A stretch of DNA of 64,000 nucleotides, taken from Raillietiella orientalis. Taxonomy: Eukaryota. Where the stretch lies: contig JAYWIR010000014.1 of the NCBI GenBank assembly GCA_036172245.1, positions 4,154,001 to 4,218,000 on the forward strand. The letters are read 5' to 3'. The notes below the pieces were generated by a model. The model was given only the letters and a program-made list of their open reading frames with translations. It ran no database searches and was not told where the DNA came from. The position numbers were made by a program, and so were the translations under genes. Positions 1 to 12,939 of the stretch are shown one piece after another (within the stretch, counting starts at the first letter, position 1; each line of letters opens with the position of its first letter).

Positions 1-844
1 CTGCGTTTCTTCCACATGGAAAGACAAAAGACAATGCGTCTCGCCCGCCCTTCTATCTACTCGGAAATTCAGCATCCATTCCGGTCGCAGTGATGAGCGT
101 AACTAATCAGAAGATAGCAACCTTCCGGTAATCACCTTCGTGGAGTCATGATGACATGCGCACAATCCTCTTGAGCTCCGCAAAGAGTGCGGCAAGGTTT
201 TTTCTTACCTCTCGGCTTTTAGGAGCCAAGTTTGATTGTGCTGCGTGCCCATAGGGGTGCTGGCTGTAGATGAATAACGACGCAGAGTACATGCTAAGCG
301 TTCGTGCAGCGAGAGCAAACAGACCAACAAGCAGTCATGTAGAGTGCGTGTCATCCTTCTCATTCTGACGTGCAGGACCACAGATTCACATCGAAAAGAC
401 CAAGAACATATAAGAATAACAAAGGTGGGTTTCCTCAACACCTCACAGCCTTAGCACTATCGACCTCGCGTTCCTGATCTTTTCAGCCAGTGGGCAACCT
501 GGGCACCCGAGTTAGAACTTGACAGCAGAGTCTGATCTCCCTTATTCCATGCTGATGCGGCCTCACGAAGTCATCCGTGAAGAAGACCGCCGTCGAGGTC
601 TCGAATCCTGGTGCCTCGAGTCTCATGCCACGACCTTCACATTTACACTCCGTCCCGAAAGCACAGGGAACAGGTGGACATCTCGCGTTCCGAACCTATG
701 CCTTTCTGTTCCAGGTAGGGCTTCCAGCGGGACTCGTCGGCGGACGCGCGTTGCGAAAGGTCTCTGCGCCTGCCGAATCCACGGTCTCTTCCCATTGCAG
801 GCTGGTTGGTGGAAATCATTTCTCTTCTGTCTTCACAGTTCTTC

Positions 845-1570
845 GACACGGTTCCACGCCACCCGAAGGTGGGATATTCTTCGATATGGAGGGTACTCCA
901 GGAGGGGTCCGCGCTACGAATCCAGAAAGGGCCCGGAGTCCGTTCCTCTCACGCCTGGGGAGGAATCCCCGAAAATGGAGATCACCTCCACCCTGGTTGT
1001 CTCCCAAGGGAAATCCAGAAAAAAATCCTTCTTTCTTATTCTCTCCGGAAGACCCCCGGTGGTCTCCTCTCTATTCTTTCTTCTCTGAAGGGAACCCGGA
1101 AAGGATCCGATATTGGAATTTCTTCTCTGGAGGGATCCCCCGCAAGGGATTCGCTCCTGTTTACTCTGAAGAGAACCTCGAAGGGACTCTTCCGCAATTC
1201 AGAAGGACGCGCCTTCCCCGAAGGGATCGACTCGGGCTTCACTGCACTCTCTGGAGAGGTGGTGGCGACACACCTTCCCCGAAGGGATCGACTCGGGCTT
1301 CACTGCACTCTCTGGAGAGGTGGTGGCGACACACCTAGTTTATCAGTACGACGCGGAGGGTTCCCCCGGAATGGAGGGTCCGCTCCTTCACAACCAGAGG
1401 GAGCTTCCACTTCGTGATTCCTGGAAGGTCGACTCTCATTTGTCCCGGCTTTCATCGGGGGCATCCGGTTTGCAACGCTGCCAGTGCAGCACCCGGATGA
1501 ATTTAGGCCAACCAGTGTCATCTTGTGGAGTGAACTTGGGACCCACCACGCACTACGTCGATTCCTTCGG
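845..1570. repeat. Unclassified dispersed repeat, copy 1 (homologous to 20085-20640)
   Basis: Shares colinear blocks with the 20 kb copy: ctacgaatccagaa, ggagtcc(g/a)ttcctctcacgc, gcacccgga...ggccaaccag(t/c)gtcatcttg. Confidence 0.8.
1212..1333. repeat. Perfect 61-bp tandem duplication (1212-1272, 1273-1333)
   Basis: Unit ccttccccgaagggatcgactcgggcttcactgcactctctggagaggtggtggcgacaca occurs twice head-to-tail. Confidence 0.97.
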
Positions 1571-2258
1571 AGTATTCGAATCCACGACGCATGGTGGTGC
1601 CATGAGCGGAGACCACCGTAGCCACACGGCCTCCGACGCGAGCCGAGCTTGCGGTCGTCTGGCGACCGAAAGCTCGGTCTAGATATTTCTGCTACAATCT
1701 GATGTTGGATGACACTTCAATTGTCCTCGGCTGGGATCGGAGGATTTGTAGATCTTTCATCCTTGAACCGCTGGCTGCGTCCTGGTGACCTCACGGGTGC
1801 TCACTGACGTCGTAACCCTCCTTGCAGGACATCTGAAGAACACGACTTTTACTCTCCTTGTTCTCCCGAGGCAGATCTGCATGCTCTCAGGGTCTTCTCT
1901 AAGCGATATATCGCGTCCAGAGTGATGACTCGATCTCTTCGTTGCAACAGGACTCACTGGAGGCACGGCTATGAATGAAAGGAGTGGAGAGCAGGGACAG
2001 AAGGCTAGTAAATAAAGAATAAATAAAAGTAAGATGAACTGGCCTCACGGTGGTAACCACTGTTCCCGAGGCTCTACGCTTTCCATCCTCTGAACCCTGG
2101 GCAGTTATTTGTCAAAAATAAGCATCTATGTCATTATTCTCTAACAGATTCAATCCATTCCGTACAACAAATGACACCGGAGGGCCCTGCACCATCTTCA
2201 TAAACTCTACGCCAATGCTTCTCCCATGGTCAAGTAGTTGATGCGGAATCCTCCCCTG

Positions 2259-2832
2259 CTATTGGGAGTCTTGCCTCCTTGCTTGAATGGCATCCTCAGG
2301 AGGATGTCCTAGCTGGTCCGTCCAATAGGTATCCCTCCTATACTGGATACATGCAGCCACCGTAAAGTGCTTTATCTTTCCAGCATACAACCTTGGGATA
2401 CCTATTCCTCGCAGAATTCCATCGTTCCGAGCATCCCATGTTCCAAGTGATCCAATAATCATGGTTTTAACTTCAGCTTGAATTCCTTCTGCTCGTTAGC
2501 TTCAGGGCTATTCCTTGATATTTATTTCCTTTATTTGTCCTTGCGATGCAGAATGCCTTTGTGGTGTTCTTGAAGGATAAGAGGCATCAAGAATTACAGG
2601 AAACTCCAGTGTTTTCATCCTTTTCTGCAGCACCCAAGTCGAGTCTCAAGCTGGAGTTGCAACCTGGAACAGTTTGGTTCGCCGAGATTACCTTCCATCC
2701 CACTATATCTTGAGCTGCTTTTGCTATTCTTGAGACGATGTCATCATGTCTAGCTGTGTAGAGACGAGAGCGCTTTATATAGTGGTTTAAAATGTGTCAG
2801 GCCTCGTCCTGAACAACACAGCGGAAAATGAT
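2259..2832 (-). mobile_element. RLE-type non-LTR retrotransposon (NeSL/Utopia-like), C-terminal remnant, 3' part
   Basis: Minus strand reads HILNH...YTARHDDIVSRIAKAA (end of CCHC knuckle plus RH[N/D]), SANQTVPGCNSSLRLDL (RPD-like) and IIGSLGTWDARND...CIQYRRDTYW, typical of NeSL/Utopia restriction-like endonucleases. Stops and frameshifts present. Confidence 0.8.
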
Positions 2833-3864
2833 GGGGACCCGCGAGGTCCAGGATCCTCCTCAAAGACTTGGCGGCTCCGCGTCGGGATGCCGGCTTGCGC
2901 ATCCGGACGCTGGAGAGGATTGGACTACACGTGCAGTTACGAATGTTGGCCCTGTGAGCCAAACTTTGGTCCACTCCGTGATGTGCTCCCGCGCGTCTGC
3001 TACTGCGGCTCTGCACCGGCAGCGAAGGACTTCTGTCGCTCTTGCTACATACAGAGCGCGCCACGAGAAGCCTCGGTTGCCCCTTGAAACCGCTTTACCG
3101 GCTCCTGGTAGCCCACGCATGGATCTCCTGCCGCCCAAGGAACTTTAACGCCTGGCGGCAGGAACCGTTGCATGCCTGGGCAAGGCAACAGGATGTTTCC
3201 CTTTCTTGGAAGCAGGACGTCATCTTGCTGGTGCATTGGGGTTTTCACTCCAACCAGCGGACGAACCGTGTTTCCGGGGGAGTTGTCTCCCCGAACTGTA
3301 AGCGGTGCGGGGAAGTGGAAATGCTCCCCCATCTGCTCTTGGACTGCGGTGTCCTCGAAGGACTGTGGCGGAAGCTGGCCTCAGCTCTTCTGCTCCATGG
3401 GGATACCGCAAGGAATTTGATGCGCTGCTTCTTCACGCCAGGCGGCCTGTCCTTAGGTGCTGTTATTGTAACAGTCTGTTGCACTCGCGCCATCGACAAG
3501 GCCCACCGAGAGCTGGAGAGGCAGGCGATTCGGCGACAGGTCACCGGAATAGCCGGCGAGAACATGACGTCGGCTGCCGAGTGGGCCCATCTTCCAGAGG
3601 ACGTGAGGAGCGGGATCACCGGCATCCATCGCCGGTTCTGAAGGAAAGAAACGGTCCAAACCAAAGACCCCTGTCCCCTCCCCTCCCCATATCTTTATTT
3701 ATATTTTTTATATGTGTATTTGTGGCCCTCTCCCTCCCGTTCCGGACTTTCGGTTTACCGACCTGTGTGTCGGGGATCCCTCCCTTCGTTTTTTTTGTGT
3801 CCTTTGTCCGGAAACCCCGTTCCCGGATAGTTTAGTAATAAACTCCGGCGCACCTGGATGGGAA
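2833..3864 (+). mobile_element. 5'-truncated Tx1/L1-type LINE 3' end (zf-RVT region plus 3'UTR)
   Basis: ORF 3042-3641 has LLVHWGF...PNCKRCGEVEMLPHLLLDC...LW and ends GITGIHRRF*; T-rich 3'UTR follows. Flanked by an imperfect 15-bp direct repeat (2818-2832 / 3865-3879). Confidence 0.85.
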
Positions 3865-4350
3865 ACAGCGGCGAATGATCTCTTTGCTTGTGGTCTTCGA
3901 GCAACTCCTCTTATAGGCAGCAAATTGAGTCGAGCTGCATTGACGAAACGATAATCGGCGAAACGTAAATATTTCCCTGTTGTCACAAAATAATTCGAAG
4001 AACGATGGAGACCTGCACACTGCATGGCTTTTGCTTGGTCAGGGTTCTGGATGACAAGTTTCTGCCATGATTGGGTTCTCGCTGTATATTTCGCACCGTT
4101 GCGCTGAACCTCCTCCTCATCGATGCATCTAAAAGGGGTTCCCTGATTGTTTTTTCGACGTCATCAAAGTTACATTTGACTGACAACCGTTTGGACGCCT
4201 GCATTCCAAGTGTCCAAATACATGCATCAAGATGGTCAGGAGGAGGATGTCGGAGCTCTGTTGTGAGAAAGGTTGTTTGTTCGATTCTGAAGATCGCGAC
4301 TGTATTCGCCGGAAAAAGTCCATCTCGAAAGAAGAGAAACATGGACCTCT
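3865..4350 (-). mobile_element. RLE-type (NeSL/Utopia-like) element, upstream part of the copy at 2259-2832
   Basis: SSNYFVTTGKYLRFADYRFVNAARLNLLPIRG matches the NeSL/Utopia pre-knuckle motif GxYxRFADWRFIHxARLNxLP. Confidence 0.8.
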
Positions 4351-4389
4351 AAAATTTCGAATGAGAGCGGGAAAGGGATTTCACCCCTG

Positions 4390-4840
4390 CAGTGAGCAGA
4401 CCTATTGGACCTCCCTCATGATCAACTGGTGATTCTCTTCCCTTCTCTTTGTGTTCCGGACAGTTCCATGCTTCCTCCCCGCTTGCAGCGGGCGACGATG
4501 CTAACCCTCCACGTGCAATAGGCGTCGTTCATCACATAACGGGGAAGGGAGGTTTGTCCGGACTGCGCGAGATGCGATCGGCGGAATCCATCCCTCACCT
4601 CTTCATCGGGAACCCACGGTGCCCTCCGCTGGAGCTGGGAACAGCCAAAAGGAACCAGTCTTCTCTTCCCCGGACGAGACCTAGTGTCACGCTTCCTCGT
4701 TCGACTGGACTTTTGCTGATCTCCGTAGCGACGACCTGGGGCTTGTCTCGTGGTAAGGCTTAACCTGGGGAAGGCGGTGGCCATCATCCTTCTAGCCTCT
4801 CTTACGCTAAAGACAGTGAGTAGTTCCACTGACTTCAAGA
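4390..4840 (-). mobile_element. Possible Tx1/L1-type ORF1 fragment
   Basis: SLPRYVMNDA followed, after a frameshift, by IARGGLAS resembles the Tx1 ORF1 pattern LPxYVxNxxIxxxLxxYG. Confidence 0.35.
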
Positions 4841-5199
4841 GTAAAGAATATCGTCCTCATCGTGGAAAAACTGAGGGTCAAAAGAATCAAAGAACCAGAG
4901 ATCGATGGCCCTTTCCCCAGTATTTATTTATTTTCCTATTCCTGGACCGATTCCACGTCGGACAAGCATCTCGGAGTTTTCCTTCTGTAGAGATTGTGGC
5001 AGGTTCTTGGAGTAGAGGAATGAGAAATCCATCCCCACCCTCACTTGATTAGTCACTTGTCCTCCCATCTTACTCTGTACCTCCTTCCAAATACTTTTCA
5101 CTGTTAGTTCCAGCCTCTGTGAACGCAGATGTTTCTAAGTCTGCTATTTTCTTGATTCTAATCGTCTATCTGTTCCCCGTAAAGAGATGGTCTGGCACG

Positions 5200-5775
5200 T
5201 CTGGGCTCGAGGACATTCGTCAGCTTTGTGCGCCAGGCCCCTCAGGCAGAAGAGGTTGAATTATGTTCTTCAAAGACAGGAGAACGGTTGAAACTGCGTT
5301 CAGATGATGATGCTTGCATCATCAAACTGCAAGGAATTACCAGTCAAAGCTCAGAAGAAGATTGGAATGAGATCTCGAAGTGGCCTTGATGACCAGAGGT
5401 TAGCGGTACCCACATGCATGCAGACTTCTTGGCACACGTCGAGCACGGACCCACAGAGCAGAGAAACGTTCTCGACCAGCACGTTAGATGCTGGCAGATA
5501 ATTCGTCTACGAGTCTGTCTGAAGCTCTAGGTTCGGTCCTTGGTGCCAGTCAAGATTGTCAAGGTTGCTGGAGTCTTTCACGGAAAAGGGTTGCTGCATA
5601 CTTAAGAGTGGATGAGCTACTATGACGAGCGGGCAGAGGAACTGGACACCAATCGTCTCCTAGCAGAATCCTCAGAAACGTTCTTTGTCTTCTAAAAATC
5701 CCGAAAGTCCGGGTGGAACCTTGATGCTGAGATGTTCGAGAAGGTCATTCGAAAGTTCACCTGGCAACCGTCTCA
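5200..5775 (+). mobile_element. Possible Tx1/L1 ORF2 post-RT fragment
   Basis: FEKVIRKFTWQ near 5735-5767 resembles the L1/Tx1 'IxxFxW' motif; heavily decayed. Confidence 0.3.
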
Positions 5776-6489
5776 GTGATCCGCATTGGTTTCTCCGTGG
5801 CTTTCTACTCTAACCCTAAGGCATTATCAGTGAATAATAAAGTTGTACAGGTACGGGAAATCAGAGTGAAGAATCGGGCCAGATCACGAGTGGACTCCGA
5901 GTTCCACCTGCAAGTAGCCATAGAATGGATTGAAATAGCTTCTTGCTGCCATGCGATAAGCATCCATTTACTGATTTCAACCTGGCACTTGCCTGCGAGA
6001 AATCCTGGCTTGGAGATCTGCAGCCCTCTATCTACTCATGAGCGTTGTTCTATTAGAATTTTCCTTGATAGTGCTCCGTGCGTCCACTGTTCACTTACTT
6101 CTTTTAGTTGTGCTTTGAAGTAAGTCCTTCTCACCCCTGCCTCTCCCTTTTGGTGACTCCTCTTCCTCTGTTTTCATCTTTTTTTTCCATACCTTGTTTT
6201 GCGCTCGCTACCTTCTTCCTTGTCGAATACTTCAGAGCTTTGCATTCTTGCGATCGGAGACACCAACGCATCCTGCCATCCAAGTCCCCATAACCTGGAG
6301 CGCTGTATCCGCCTTCTTGTATTCCTATAGCTGTCTTTCCAGTTTGGTTCGGCATGGCATGTGCAAGCTTCCTTGACTCTTTGGTCACCTCTTGTCAAGG
6401 CTTGCTGTTAGAATGACCTCTCTTTTGTTCTCATTGAAAGCTGATACAAGAAGATCGTCAAGAAGGAAGTGAGAGTAGGAAAACAGATT

Positions 6490-7305
6490 CAGATCATTAG
6501 ATTTTTTTTTTCCTTTTGTCGATGTTTCCTGCCGCTCCAAGCGGTGGCTCTTGGCTCTTCCCTGAAGTATTTGGAAAGGAATTTCCTTCGCTACTCATAT
6601 GGCACCATTTCCAGGTTGCTCGGCAATGATGCTGTTGAGCTGAAGCCTCCTATGCAGCGCCTGCCTGAGTCACGGTGGGGGAGGAAGGACAACCTTCCTG
6701 CTGTCCCACACACGGGGAATTGGAAACCTTCTCTGAGCTTGCTTGTGAATTGTGCTGACCCCCAGCAAGGGCGGAAAGGTCTAGCGACAGCTCCGCCACT
6801 CCTGGTGGACAAACCCAAGCACCTCCTCGTGCTCAGTGCAATGCCTTCCGGTCCACTCTCTGCAACCTCCACAGCATGGTAGTAGCACGAAACATGCGGA
6901 TGGAAGGATACTACACGACGGGAACGTCATTACCATGATAATGTCCTTCTTGGTGAGGGCTACGAGATGGTCTCATCTGGTGCATCTCGGGATGGAACTT
7001 TTGGCTCAGAATCGAATTTGCCAGCATCCTTGGCAGAGGACTCCAGGATGATACCTAAAACCCACTCCCCTTGAATTCTTCCCCAAACGGAGATTTTAAT
7101 GTTTTTTTTAATTTCTTTATTCAGTACCCCTTCTCCTCCTCGGAGGCAGCCCTCGCTCTTAAGTAAACTGACTTCTCTCCAGCTCATCCATACTCTTCAG
7201 AATACGGTAGACACTGACGGCCCACTCTACATTCTTTTATTTATTTTTTGTATGTTTATCGTTACAAGTTCCAACGAACGCTGCTCTCGAGAGCTCGTTG
7301 GGACT
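6490..7305 (+). mobile_element. Degenerate Tx1/L1-type 3' end
   Basis: Decayed zf-RVT-like region, C-terminal gccagcatcctt block matching the other copies, T-rich 3'UTR and terminal stem-loop ccaacga...tcgttgg (7271-7301). Confidence 0.55.
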
Positions 7306-7559
7306 TGTCACAAGCAGCCAGGAATATGTGCTTCTATGGAAGCCTTCTAGACAGGAAGACATCGAGTGGCGAAACCCCAAATCATACAAGCATATGCTGA
7401 GGACTCCTAGTGTTCAAGACGTTTCAAGAAGGTCTTTAGCACACCTTTTAGTCGATAAATACGCATATTTACAAAGCATATGGATTGGAGCGGGTTTCCG
7501 ATTGGTTGCTATCCTCTGCTGTGCATGAGACAGCTACGCGTCGCTGAGACATCGTACGC

Positions 7560-8400
7560 GTTTCTAGCAAAACGTCAGTATTGATCACATTCCGTCCTTC
7601 TCGTACTGGAAGCCTGAAGATGACAGACTGGCATCAGAGAAGGAAAACTCCGCAAAATTTCTTTGATCATTTCCCGTAGCACGGCAATGCTGTTGTTCTC
7701 ACGCTACTATGATGAGGTGTTTGTGATCCATGATGCGGAAAACAATCTCTTTCGTGATGCTCAGGGGAGGGAGAGAGGATTCGGGATACCACTCAGCCCT
7801 CCTCAAAACCGGGTGGAATCAAATTGTTGAGAGTGTCTGCGCACTCCGATGAGCAGATGGGAGGTTCCGTTTCTCGCAATCATATGGTGAGCTTAGAGAA
7901 AGGCTAGTTTTTGACCTTGGAGCTCAGGAGACTCATATAATTTAGTCAAGTGGCCTTCATTAATGCATCTTTTGCAATTCTGAAGCGTTTGAGAAGGCAG
8001 AAGAGGGAGGCAAGGTTGAAATTACGAACTCTGCAAATTTCAAGAACATATGAGAACCAGCTCAGAATGCCGATGGCGTCATTCATCATCATCCAACTCG
8101 GCTGGCATATCCACACCGGACGGATCACAGATCTATGTAGTCGATCCGCCACAAAAAGATCTACCAACCCCTGGTCCTACACAGCTAAAAAAAATTCAGG
8201 CCCGAAGGTTTGGTCTAATGCCGAAACCTTCCGAGTATCTGATCGAAAGGATGCGGGTTCGAATAACGATGGTGGCTCTGTGAAAACAAAGTCCTCGTCT
8301 CCCTGTGGGACAGTGCCACTCTTGAATCTCCTTCTCAGACCCACCCTCTTCAGTAACAGCGGAGTTGGACAGGCGAAGAAAACGATGGAGGCCTTGGGGA
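7560..8400 (-). mobile_element. I/Nimb-type LINE endonuclease/linker remnant
   Basis: VDLFV...SWMMMNDAIG...RNFNL resembles the AP-endonuclease C-terminus (IDL...WxVxxDxxGSDH...WN). Confidence 0.35.
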
Positions 8401-8559
8401 AACTACCTGTCTCTTGCGTTTCTTTACATAATCCCGAATCTTTTAAATCTAGTCACCCTCGCGTAATCCTTGCACTTAGGCAGGCGTGTCAATGGCAACA
8501 CCGCGCACATCCGAACACGTAACATTCCCGGCACAATGCTTCGACCTGGAATCTGGGAT

Positions 8560-11500
8560 GATCTCAGTATCATCGTGCAGAGTCAGTTAGGCAGTCAACG
8601 GTAGGCAGTTCAAACGTTGGACACGAACCTTCGTTTTTGGATTCTGGCTCGTTTTGATGAACTGCCTGCCGTTTCGTTTGGCTGTTGCCCCATTGGGATG
8701 CCATGGCACTTCCTTTGGATTTCGGTTTTCTAACGACAGCTCCGATCCTCCCGCGCAGCTCCAACGCGAGAGACGCGCAAGTTCGCCGGCACGAAACCGC
8801 TGGCATAGTGATGTGTTGCTTTGGTTTCCGTCGCAAGACCCTGGCAACTGATACTTCTGCGCGCGTGCTCCTCACAGCGAGCACTACCTTCTGCCTCTTA
8901 ACACGCCTAGCCGACCTCAGCTTGCACTATTCATAAGAAAACGCCTTCGAGAAATATTTCAAGTGAATTTTTGTCAAATTCCTCATCATGCTCTCACTTC
9001 ACACTCCCTTACTTTCCTAACTCTTACTGATCGAGACATTGTTCTACGTAATCCAGTATTAATTTCATTCCATGCATGCAATACTTAAAAATGAGTCATC
9101 ACTTTGAACTGAAAGACTATGATCACCATCTCCTTTGACTCTCAGGCATCATCAGTAACTCTCTCTACCATGTTACATTCACAAAAAGAGACGAGCTCAT
9201 CCCCATTCTTTCATTTATTAGTAACCAAAAATACTGATCTGACCTCACACCACCACCAAATGTAACGTAGCTACATCCTGTTGCAGCATCCATGCTATTC
9301 AAATCAATAATATTCGAGAGAAAAGCATCAATTTTCAATTAATTCTGCTATGATCCAAAATATAACTACACTTAACACTCCTATTCTACTCATCACCTTT
9401 TTTTCAGGGCTGTTTTTCATCATTACTCAATCAGTCTACTGCTAATAACTACAACACAACGTCACAACCCATAGCTGTCGCTATTGCGCCAATTCTCTGT
9501 CTCGGCAAATCTTATCTTCCTCTTTAGATGCAACTTCCGGTACATCCGTTACATCTACTAAGTTGCCACCTGTTCAATCTCTCACCAGAGTGACGGGCAA
9601 CTTGCATGCAGTGACTTCACCATTCAATCTGCCCTTCTCAAGCCAATTTACAATTAAATCCTATTTCAATGCAAAATTACGTTCATATGTCCAGATTTGA
9701 CATATCGTGAACTCGTCCGTATTCCTCTCCGTGCTGCATCTCGAGTAGAACTTTTAATTACTCTTTATCGAATCACTCCTGAATAACTACTGTTTTAGTG
9801 ATCAAAGTAGTGATGTACTAAAAGCACTAAGAAAGTCCCTCGCGCGTCATCATTCACTAAGCTCAAAGTTTTTGTTCGGCATGTTTTCCTTAAGGATCAA
9901 TGTGGGGTTGTCGAAACCAAAGAACCCCCACAGATCACCTGCTTTCTTGGTTCGTTGGAGCCAACGTTTGGGAAAATCGCTTGTAGACTGGCGTCCTTAT
10001 CAAAAAGTTCACCTAATTTCGACTCCCGGGTTCCACTCCTAATAATTTTGCACACCTGATGAGACGAGATCTTCGTTCCCCAGGATGCGCTCGATGCTGT
10101 TTCACTGCAAAAAAAAAAAAAATATGAAGCATTCTGTGGATTGGAAAGTTATGACTCGGTGAGCAGTTTCTTCCATGTGAATTGTCATCATGGCATTCCC
10201 CTCATCGGAGGACTCGTTGCAGAGAGAAAATGGACGGGAAAATGGACGTTTAAGAGATTTTTCAACGACGCCTACAGCTGTGTCAGATCATGATTGAGAT
10301 TGAAAGATGGAGTTGCGAACTGGTGGAGAAAATCTAATGGAAGGTATTTCAACGCTCACCACACTGGAACGCATTGCCCAACTTTCGAAGGCCAACTCAA
10401 TCCCTGGTTCCTCTTTCCTATGGAGGAAAGAGGCATCTATCATTCCTTTTCTGCTACGGGAACCTTTCCGGATGAAGTTTCCCCTATTAATCTCTCTGCA
10501 ACTCTTGGAATCTTGCGGCTTGTCAACTGCATTCTCTAGCTTTTTGGAATCAAGGGTTTGTTCGTCCGTTCCGCAGGTCTCTGGACCGGACCGCCTTACC
10601 GGTAGGAAAAACCGTACCAAAACTGGAGGAAGCACCGTTCACGTCGTCAGCCGAAAACGCAAAGTGGACCTGGAGGGAAACCCCAATGCTCACTCAATCC
10701 GCAAAATACTCATCGCTGCTTCTCTTTCGTGGCCTCCATTCCTACATCTGCGCTCTTGACGATGGCCAAGCTCAGGAACCGGTGAGGTCCCGGCCAAAAT
10801 AGTGTTCTGAATGAGGAGATGAAGAGGGACGCCATTCCTACATCTGAATTAGGAAATGTGATACTTCGATACTTGCATTTATGCGTTCTTGGTCGTTCTC
10901 TGAGCCTATGAGCTTCTGCTTCCATAAACCTCGAGGTGCAAACCTAAAGTGGACTGTGTATTTGCAGTGAGCATGATCCAGTGAGGAGGCTTTCAAAACA
11001 GTTCGCTCACTCTCTCCTTGCCCCGAAGAAGAACGATTCAGTGATGGGCATCCCCTTGAGTATTTAGACTTGCCGTATCGAGGATCGACTCCACCAACCA
11101 CGTGTTCGGTCTGCTAACATCACGGTAAGTTACCACGCCCATCCACCCCTCGTTGGAAAAACGACAGAATGAGGGGTCTCTGGATAGGGTGAGCAGGTAA
11201 GTCGCTAAGGGAATCGTCGCTCTTTCAGTTCCCTCCGCTTCACTGGAAGAACGGCGATTCCTTTCTTCATAGCGCTTATCTGAGAGAACTCCCGTTTATC
11301 TCTCTGGATGGCTTCTCTAACTACAGGGATGATACGTAATCGACCGGTTTTTCTTTCAGAACCAGCATTCATAAAGGATAAAGTGAACGGTTTTCGATGG
11401 ATGACAGGACATGCATAGTTTCCAGGAAGGGTGCTGGAAGCAGATCTGAGATCAGTGCTGTGATGCTGCGTTTCTGGCGATAGTCAAGCTCAGGAGCAGA

Positions 11501-12170
11501 TGAGGTCACAACAGAAATAGAGTTATGAACAAAGAGACGAACAGGGACGAATGGACGAAGCCAAGTGACTGTTTCTTCAGCGGTTTCTTCGATGCTTCGT
11601 CCGTGTATCCTCAACTGAGCAGATCTCTTCCGGAAACAGAGAGAAGCCGCTGGTCTCGAAAGCGAGGAGGCCTGAGGAGGCTGCACAGAAAGTGGACAAA
11701 GGATGCGACCACCACGAGGATATTGTGGCAAGCAGAAGATAAGCACGAAGTTTACTGGCTCGTCAGTGATGCAGGACTTGATCAAGGACATGCCTGCATT
11801 CTCTTTGTTCTTGGAATCTGGTGGCATAGCATCAAAAGGAGAAGAAGCTCCACGAAGACCTCGAAACGCGAGGACATTGGCAGCTTGTAGCCGTAATGAC
11901 TACAGTTTATTTGCTGTTGGTTTTTTCATAGGGAGGAATTAGAACCTCAAACGGAACCTTCACGTTACACTGTAACGATAGTGGACTTAATTTTCTTTGG
12001 AAACTTCGAAGTTGATCACTGATACTTTGGAGGTCCAAGGAGGGGAACATTAACGCGTGATAAATACACATCTGGGTGCCGCTGATTTCCAAGTGAGCAA
12101 AGAAACGAGAGAAGGGCAATAGTAATAAATTCATCAAAACTAAATAAATACCAAGATAAATAAGATACTT
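8560..12170 (+). mobile_element. Decayed, internally deleted I/Nimb-type LINE (putative 5'UTR, ORF1, AP endonuclease, RT remnants)
   Basis: ORF1-like FVP..RCxxC at ~10072-10110. GRYFNAHH (GDFNAHH) and HSFSATGTF..INLS in ORF 10294-10539. GFFDASSVY (FFDxxKAY) at ~11580. A-rich end at ~12135-12167. Confidence 0.6.
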
Positions 12171-12199
12171 TAGTTGTTGTTTTTTTGTGCCTCGTTAAT

Positions 12200-12900
12200 T
12201 AATTATCTCGCTCGAATTACTTCTGGAATGGACAGGGATGCAAGTGAACAGATAAATAAGAAATGAGAGGACTGCAAGTAGGCAGCGCTGACACACACGG
12301 TCTCACAAGTTCGGTGGTTACCCACGGAATGGGCCTCGCTGAAAAATGGAGAACCTAAGCAAAAGCAAGCGGATATTATCCCTCTCAGAATAGTGGAATT
12401 GTGCACTCTCCTGGTTATTTCGGAGGACAGTGCCGCACCAGCAAGTGGTGCTTAGGAAGCAAAAATCGGACTTGGGAAACAGTGTTCGAGAGGGTCCTGT
12501 TTAAAAGATGGGCATAAAGCCAACATTTTCCATTGCTACCCAAAAATCTTGCTCATCTTCCTTGTCATCTTTTGTTCACGAGCGAGCAGATTTCCGGGTT
12601 TTACGCTCACCGTCTTCGAATGAGTCGCGTCAGCTCCAGCATGCCTTAATATGGAACGCTGCAGGATGCTCTCCCTGGGGCGCTCCGCGATGCAATAAGC
12701 ACTGAAATCATTAGTTGCACTTTTAGATGATGAAAGGCAAAACAAACTGGAGAAGCGCGCGCGCGAGAGAGAAGACGGTAAAAGAGGATCAGGACAGCTG
12801 AAGAAGTCATCAGGGACAGGACTACCAGATGGGAGTTTGTCGGAAAAAGTTCCTTCAGACTCTGAACTGAGTGGATCTCTACGCATGCTTTGCCAGCGAA
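12200..12900 (-). mobile_element. I/Nimb-type ORF1 end and AP endonuclease start
   Basis: SILQR..(ILQWNxRG-like) near 12660 and TVCVSAAYLQS (TICSxYLPP-like) in ORF 12203-12406. Confidence 0.4.
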
Positions 12901-12939
12901 GGGGTGCGCCTGCTCCAGGTCAGCGAAGATTGACTACTG

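Noticed and set aside
1212..1333. Possible CRISPR-like repeat
   Set aside because: Only two adjacent units with no spacer, in eukaryotic context.
519..1417. Overlapping long ORFs (189-253 aa)
   Set aside because: They lie in a repeat with a frame-shifting 61-bp duplication and show no recognisable domain.
5780..6470. Possible I-type LINE linker fragment on minus
   Set aside because: Only a weak WxxxEC-like hint.
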